Of a DNA stretch of 64,000 nt, positions 57,057 through 64,000 are shown piece by piece. Position 1 is the stretch's first letter. The number at the start of each line of letters is the position of its first letter. The notes under the pieces were generated by a model. That model did no database searches, was not told the origin of the DNA, and worked only from the letters and a program-made list of their open reading frames with translations. The DNA comes from the human T2T-CHM13v2.0 reference genome, Homo sapiens, in NCBI RefSeq assembly GCF_009914755.1, contig NC_060942.1, one strand, 5' to 3'. Both the position numbers and the translations under genes were made by a program.

Positions 57057-58804
57057 GCAACAGGAAAGAGCCCTGAAAAGCCAAGGGCTACGGAGTCCTC
57101 ACAGGGATTGAGGATGATGTTAATAACCTGGAGTTGTGTTTTCTAATGGCCTCCCGGAGGAAATTTTAATAGGAAGACCAAAAGCCAGATGGAAGGAAAT
57201 GAAGGACAGTTGTTGGCTGTTGTATAGAAATGGAAGCAACGGACAAGACCCTTTTGTTAAACACAACTGTTTGTCAAAAGAGGAGAGGACATTGGCCACC
57301 AGCAGCAAGGATCAATAGGAACCAAAAAATATGTTTCCCGTGCTTTTCCCCTTAGTCTGCAAGACATAGAACTTTGGACACAAACACAAAGTGGGGAAAG
57401 ATGAAGAGAGAGAACGGGAGGCAGAGCTGCTCAACATCACATGGATTGCTTGAGAGAGAAAGCATGCTGAGGAGGTCCTTTATGTTGTCCTTTGAAATAA
57501 ATATTATTTCACCCAGGCTGAGTAAAGAATGAAATAGTCTAAGTGATGCATAGACTTGCCTTAACATGGATAGTGGGATGATCATGGCTGGTTAGTGTGG
57601 ACACCCTCGTTCATCTCTGCAGGGTAGATAGGAACCTACACCAAGGGTGAGTGCACGCGGGCTGACATGAGGGCTTGGAGGAAAAGCATTCTCACTAACA
57701 GATGTTCCATGAAGAACGACTATGTGCCAGAGCTTAGTGCTGGAAGCTGGGAATGCTCCTTGGAATAAGAGAATTTTTAAAGAGGTGAATCAAAAAACCA
57801 CTGTGCATGGTGATCTCATCAGCAGGTTGTTTTGTGCAGTGTGGTCCAGATCAAGAACGGAGAAGTGATGCTGAGTGTAGCCAAGTCGTTAGGATGTTAG
57901 TTGTTGGCGCATTGATTCAACACCAGGACAATAATCAAGTGGGCCCAAGAGTCCAGGGCCTTATCTGGGATATTATTTAAGGACTTCATTACAATATCTG
58001 ATTGATGAAGAATCAGCTAGTTTTACTGAATGTTTTAAAGTGTATAAAGCACTTATATATCCTTTATCTCTGAAAGTCAAATGTAACTACAAACAGGCTA
58101 ATAGGCTGGGTGAAGTGAGCTGGATTAAGTGATTTGAGATCACAGTGAAAACAGTCAATTCATAAGATGAGTTAATTAAGGAGGCTGTGATCAAAGACAG
58201 GAACGCTTGAGTTTAAGATTGTGGATGGACTTATGAGCCCAATTTAGGACCAAGCAGGTGGACCGGCCAGGCTGTGGGTTTTAAGGGTCTTTCTGTGGGG
58301 AGTCTGCCTGCCTGAAGCTGAGGAAGGGTGAACACAGCCAGCCACAGATAAACGCCTTCTGAAGTATGAACTGGGGCAAGCTGAGAGCCAGTGCTGGAAT
58401 GAACAGACTGTCATCAGATCTTAAGTGTGGATGTGAGTGTGAAGTGAGAATTAAGGCAGGATGCTAGGAGCCAGGCCTTCCAAACAGTGACTGGGAAGAG
58501 AGAGCAGTGAGGAGGAGGTCTTAGCTCCCATCCCTGGGTGCTGCCCACGTTGTGGCAGCTGGTGGATTGATGGCAGGGAGCTGTCCTAGACTGTGAGCCC
58601 TCAGTGGCCAAGCTTTTATCTTGCACCTGCTGCAGCCTGCTTCTCCTTAGCCCCATGCAATGGAGTGCAGGGGACAGGACGTCCATCAGGTCTCCTACAC
58701 CGGCAGGGACAGATGTGTGGGGAGAGACTGGAGAAAGAACCTGGACTCCTGGGGAAGCTCTGACTGATCCCAAGGGACTGGAAGAGGGCAGTGGAAATAA
58801 TCAG

Positions 58805-59185
58805 CACTGAATTTACACAAACACCTAACTCATTTACATAATGATGCTGAATTTACACACTTAACTTATTTACATACAACACTGAATTTACACAAACACC
58901 TAACTCATTTACATGACACTGAATTTACACAGCTAACTCATTTACATAATGATGCTGAATTTACACAGCTAACTCATTTACATAATGATATCAAATTTAC
59001 ACAAATGCCTAAGTCATTTACATAATGACACTGAATTTACACACTTAACTCATTTACATAACAACACTGAATTTACACAAACACCTAACTCATTTACATA
59101 ACAACACTGAATTTACACAAGCATCTAGCTCATTTGCATAATGGCACTGAATTTTCACAAACAACTAACTTATTTGCATAATGAT
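58805..59185 (+). repeat. Minisatellite, about 10 units of 35-40 bp
   Basis: Unit approximately acactgaatttacacaaacacctaactcatttacataatg. Confidence 0.95.
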
Positions 59186-62100
59186 ATTCAACCTAAGAAG
59201 AGTCACAGTTTAAAACTCCTCAAAATGTGTGCCTCCCTCTTTTACTTTACTCTTTCTCACATTTGCAGTCTGAACAGAGACGGTATAGTTTACATCTTTA
59301 AATTGTCTCAAACAATAATCACGTTGGAAGAGCAGAAACAAAAATGTTGAGTGCTTTGAGAACCAGAGAAGCAACTCTGTTTATCTTTTGAAAAGAAAAA
59401 TAGCACCAAATGCACAGAAAACTTATACCCCAATGGAAGGTCTTCAGGACGGCCTTCTACTTGACTAACTTGCATTGTGATTTTTCAAATGTATGAATAT
59501 TTTTATTCAAATTAATAATAATAATAATAATAGGAAATCCATGATCCCTGATTGCATTGCTCTCTGAACATGTTTAAAATCAAAATGGGTAAACTTCCTC
59601 TTCTCATTAGCAATCTAACTATGGATTATTTATTTTTCATATTTATAAATAAAGTTTGAAAACATGGGGTAAAGTATAAAAAATGACTTCCTCAAATTTT
59701 GAGAACAGGGCTCTGTTCCTTTTTTATACTTTCAAAAAGTATTAAAAAGTCTCAAAATTTGACCATGGGTTAAAGTATAAGAAATGACTTCCTCAAAACT
59801 TGACTTCCTATAAATGTACGTTTATTCTTTAACCCAAGTCAAATTTTGAGATTTTCTTAATAATTTTTACATGATTAATAACTTTATCATATCAAGGCAT
59901 GTCTGTGAAAATGTATTGCTAATTTCCACTAAAAGAATTTGAAACTCAAGAGTATGCACACTTTTAAATACAAAATAAAATGTAAAAATAGAGAAGGAAT
60001 TGACCATTGTCAAAGAAAGCTCTTTGGGAACCAGTTCAGCTCACCACATTCCCTCTCTGCAGTGCTCAGTCCTCCCAGAGTCTAGTGCACTACACGGAGA
60101 TGGTCTTTGATAATCTGCTGTTCCTTATTACATTTCAAGCTTGCTGTTTAAGCGAGTGCACTCCGTCGACATAATATTGTGCCCTCCGTGACAGCCTGAC
60201 TTCCCTCCACTCCATCTAGGTATCAACCCTGGTGATAGGAAACCGAGAGTCACCAGAATATCATTCTGTAAACAAAAACAAAAGCCCAGCAACAACTTCT
60301 CCACCCCATCGTAAGAAGATCAAAAAGAAAATGCAAACAGCAGCTTCCCAATGCTTGTGTAGAATGGCCCTCCCACAGCACGGTGGGTGGAACAAAAGCC
60401 CCTTTTTGGCATTTGCAGCACCAGCAGCTGCAGGCTGATGCACTAGGCTTTCCGTTAAATAGGGGCTGGGGCATAAAAATAGACACTGGCATTTATTGGA
60501 AGCTTAAGCCTGTTGAAGTTTTACAGATTTAGAAAGTTCACTAATCGCTATCAATTAAAATCCCTGCCTCCTTGTTGCATAAATTATTCACAATGCAGCA
60601 CACAATAGTAGGGCTTTGGAAATATTTATTGTGGCCAAATGTTGGAAACAGTGAAGTGCAAACTAAAGATTTTTAAAAGTGCTTCAATTTGCAAATACAA
60701 AGGAAATGGCCACTTCAACAGCAGTACTGGACTATATCTTCATGTAAGCAATGAATGATAGGTGTGTACTAGAAAAGGGTTTGGGACCTGTGACACACTT
60801 CTAGCAAAATTTAATAAGAGAATTTTCTTTAGTCTTCACTTAAAATCAAAGAAACATTACCTAGCTAAAAATATCAGTCCAGTCAGCCATAAATATGCAA
60901 ATACGTATGTGTGTGTATGTGTGCATACATGACTCAAATACACACATGTATGACTCTATAAACACCTGCACATTTATTAACATTAATTACTTTCTAACAT
61001 CTGAATGTTTTATTAAAAATTAGAATTAAAGATCAAACTGAGCAAATGCTCGTTCTGAGTTGAACACTGTCACCTGTGGATGCATTTTCAAATCTGTGCT
61101 GTTTTTGATCAACATTTTGTAAATAGTCACTTCACTGGCCCATTTTGCTCTATTGTGAGCTCTACCACAGTATCACACCACTTGCCCCAAGCAGCTCTCC
61201 TCAGAGGCTTTTCTTAAGCACTGGCGCTGGATCTGTCCCTACAGAACAAGGTCCGAGGTGAGCACCGCCAGAAGGAATGGGTCAAGAGCGGCCACCTGGG
61301 TTCTGTCACGGCTGTTTGACAATAGGAAACTCAGATATTGCCATTTCCTGAACCCTCACAAGCATCAGTGAAGCTGCTAAAAATTTCTCTAAAAGGGGGA
61401 AAGCAACTGGAAGAGCACATTCAACAATGATAATAATGCTGTCATTAAAGATTGATGAAGACTTTCAATTAGAACTCATTCCTGATCTGGAGCCGCTTAA
61501 GCCAGTCCTGCCTACTATGAGCTAACGCTCAGCAATGCAGATAAAGGGTCATTATAATCTATTGAATTCAATCATGACAAGTTCATTTACCTGACGGGAG
61601 CATGTATTACATACAAAAAACTAAATTAAAATAACATTATGGGTTGACTCGAATCCACACAAGAAAAGAAATTCAGAATGAAGGACAGAACTAATCACAG
61701 GCTAAGAATAACTTGATTTATAGTCCCTTTTTGTTGCAGAAAAATACTTATTCTGTTGTCCATCCTAACTGACAACGTAACCTTCCTTTGAGAGAGTACA
61801 CTTTCTTATTCAGTAACGCTGCACTTCAATACGACAATGATAATCTCTGATATCTAAGCAGAAAGGTTTAAAGACATACCATTCATTAAAATGATTTAAT
61901 AATTCTTACATAAGAATAAATACAACACATACGATTGTGCAAATATACAGCCAAATATATTTATTTAAATAAATTTTAAGGTAGTATTGAAGCTACTACA
62001 TATCTATAGAAACACATAATTATAATAAAATATTTGTAAATACTTTGTCACCAATTTTAATGTCTTGAATATTATATTTTTGACTAGAACATTCAAAATA

Positions 62101-62824
62101 TTTATGAGAAGAAAGGCTAAATGTAAAATGATGTATTTAAATAATCATATATCAATAATATATATATATATATACCTACATTCTTATTTTTCTAGTAATA
62201 TTTAACCTCCTTGTAAGGCTCTGACCATTGAAAGATATACTTTCTATCCTAACACTATTTGTATTTGTTCAATTTTCTAAAAGATCTCCCAAGTCTAAGT
62301 TCACAGTGATTGATATGTTTTTGAACTTTGTCACTAAGTAATAAAAGGCAAATCGTTCATATTAAAGAGTTAATGAATGAGGTTCTTAACTGTGAAAAGT
62401 TGATAGTTCTACACTGAAATAAATTTTGCGAACTCGAAGGAAAACAGTCTCTCAAGATTTGTTTTATTACTGTTTTTTTTTTTTAAAGAGGGTTAGGTTA
62501 TCGTTGCACTAACAAATTATTGGACTTCTTTATTAAATATTATTTTAAAATCTTCAGTGAATGAGGACAGAGTAACTGGAGTCATTTCATCTTCTGGCTT
62601 GAACAATGTAATCTGCTTTGAAACACAAAAGGTTTCAGTCCTACCGAAGGAATTCCAGCACTTATGCGTCAACATTCTTCAAGCTGAAAGCACGTTTTAA
62701 CTAACTTGACAGTGGATAAAGAAGGAAATTTCTACAGTGATTTCCTAGGTATATTCTATGTTACAAATCAGAATTTATTTCGGTCCTAATTAAGGACATC
62801 TTTGCTGTTGCTGTCTTCACTCAC

Positions 62825-62884
62825 AGCGTCTACACTAAGTTCCTGCCGGCGGCGGTCCAGTCGATCTCTGAATGTTGAATTTTC
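62825..62884 (-). other. Candidate 60-nt internal exon
   Basis: Minus strand reads GGGTTTCTAG|GAAAAT...GACGCT|GTGAGT; locally CpG-rich; open in phase 0 (ENSTFRDRLDRRRQELSVDA). Confidence 0.3.
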
Positions 62885-64000
62885 CTAGAAACCCATTTTA
62901 GTGTCAGTTTAGGAGCAGCTGACGTGTTCACAATTTTAAGCTTCTACTGTTTTCATTCAATAAATTGTTAACATTATCCACACACACAGAGTAAACACCT
63001 GAAAGCACTAAAATGCTGCCCTTCTCCTGTTCTGTTACATACAGGGAAAGCTTTTAATGTCTCGAGTATTTTCTTTGTTGAAGGCAAGGAGTGTGAACAC
63101 GCAAATGGGAGTGGGTGTACATGGTAGGATCCTTGGATTTAAAATATCCCTTTTATGTCAGAAATTCACTGAGTCTTTCTGAAAACACATCAGCCAGGCC
63201 TGTGTAGTGATCTCTACCATCTGGTGGCAGCATTGCACCGGTGTAGACCGCTGGAACGGCACCTTCCTTTGGAGACGGCAGAAATTAAAGTCCGTGTGGT
63301 TTTCTCAGGAAGCATCATTGTACATACACGATGGCTCCCAGAAAATTGCACAGTTACGTCTATGACATATTCCATAACACTTATTTAATCATCAAAACAG
63401 GACTTAATGTAGGGGTCTAATTTCTGTTAGCCTAAGTAGGCAGCAGGTAAGTTATGCTATTCAATAAAAATCACAATTTTATGAAATTCTATTTATACTC
63501 ATATCTTAATTTTCATATTTCAAATATCCAGTAAGTGTTCAGCCAGGATAAAAATCCAGCATTTGTTATATCATTATCGCTGAGTAACTAAGCTAACATA
63601 ACCCACATTTGTTTTCAATCATATCAGAGTTGCGTTCTTGAAATCCTCAACCTAATTTTTAGTGTTCGACAAAAATAATATATATTCTTTGGGAAGTAGT
63701 TCTATATGAAAGAATTTTTCAAAAATTATGTTCATAAAAATTCAAAGATGTATGTGCTACAAATAAAAGTTCCTTGAAAAAGAGACATGTTTTTGGTTAA
63801 AATATGCTCTATACCTAAATAAAGTAAGTGGAAAAATATAGATCTAAAATTGTTCTTTAATGCAGAGTATGTGTTTCTTAGACCCAATTGAGGGAAAGAT
63901 AGCTACTATTAAAATAGTCACCTAAATATATTACTGTGATATATTTTAACTGTGCACATTACTTTTGAATTTTAATTGTGTTTTAAATTTTTATGTATTC

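Noticed and set aside
56836-57084. ORF with ASPRRASSFLDSR repeats, resembling a phospho-motif protein
   Set aside because: A by-product of a 39-bp unit being a multiple of 3; non-ATG start and no exon evidence
58805-59185. CRISPR-like array
   Set aside because: Units are contiguous variants without unique spacers, in primate DNA with no cas genes

Overview
This window is anthropoid-primate (human-like) non-coding genomic DNA, either intergenic or deep intronic. It is AT-rich and dense in repeats: at least six Alus (J and S families), several L1 fragments, THE1/MST/MLT1 and MLT2 solo LTRs, a near full-length decayed HSMAR2 mariner, MER5, L2 and MIR fragments, microsatellites and two minisatellites. 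I recognise no known protein-coding gene, RNA gene or CpG-island promoter, and nearly all listed ORFs are repeat-derived or chance. The items most worth checking are a possible minus-strand spliced transcript (a 60-nt exon plus a terminal exon behind a (TG)n acceptor), four strong inverted repeats, a nested A-B-B'-A' duplication, an octamer-rich minisatellite and a short interstitial telomeric insertion. I found no convincing novel biological system. Repeat subfamily calls are from recalled consensus sequences, and many boundaries are approximate.
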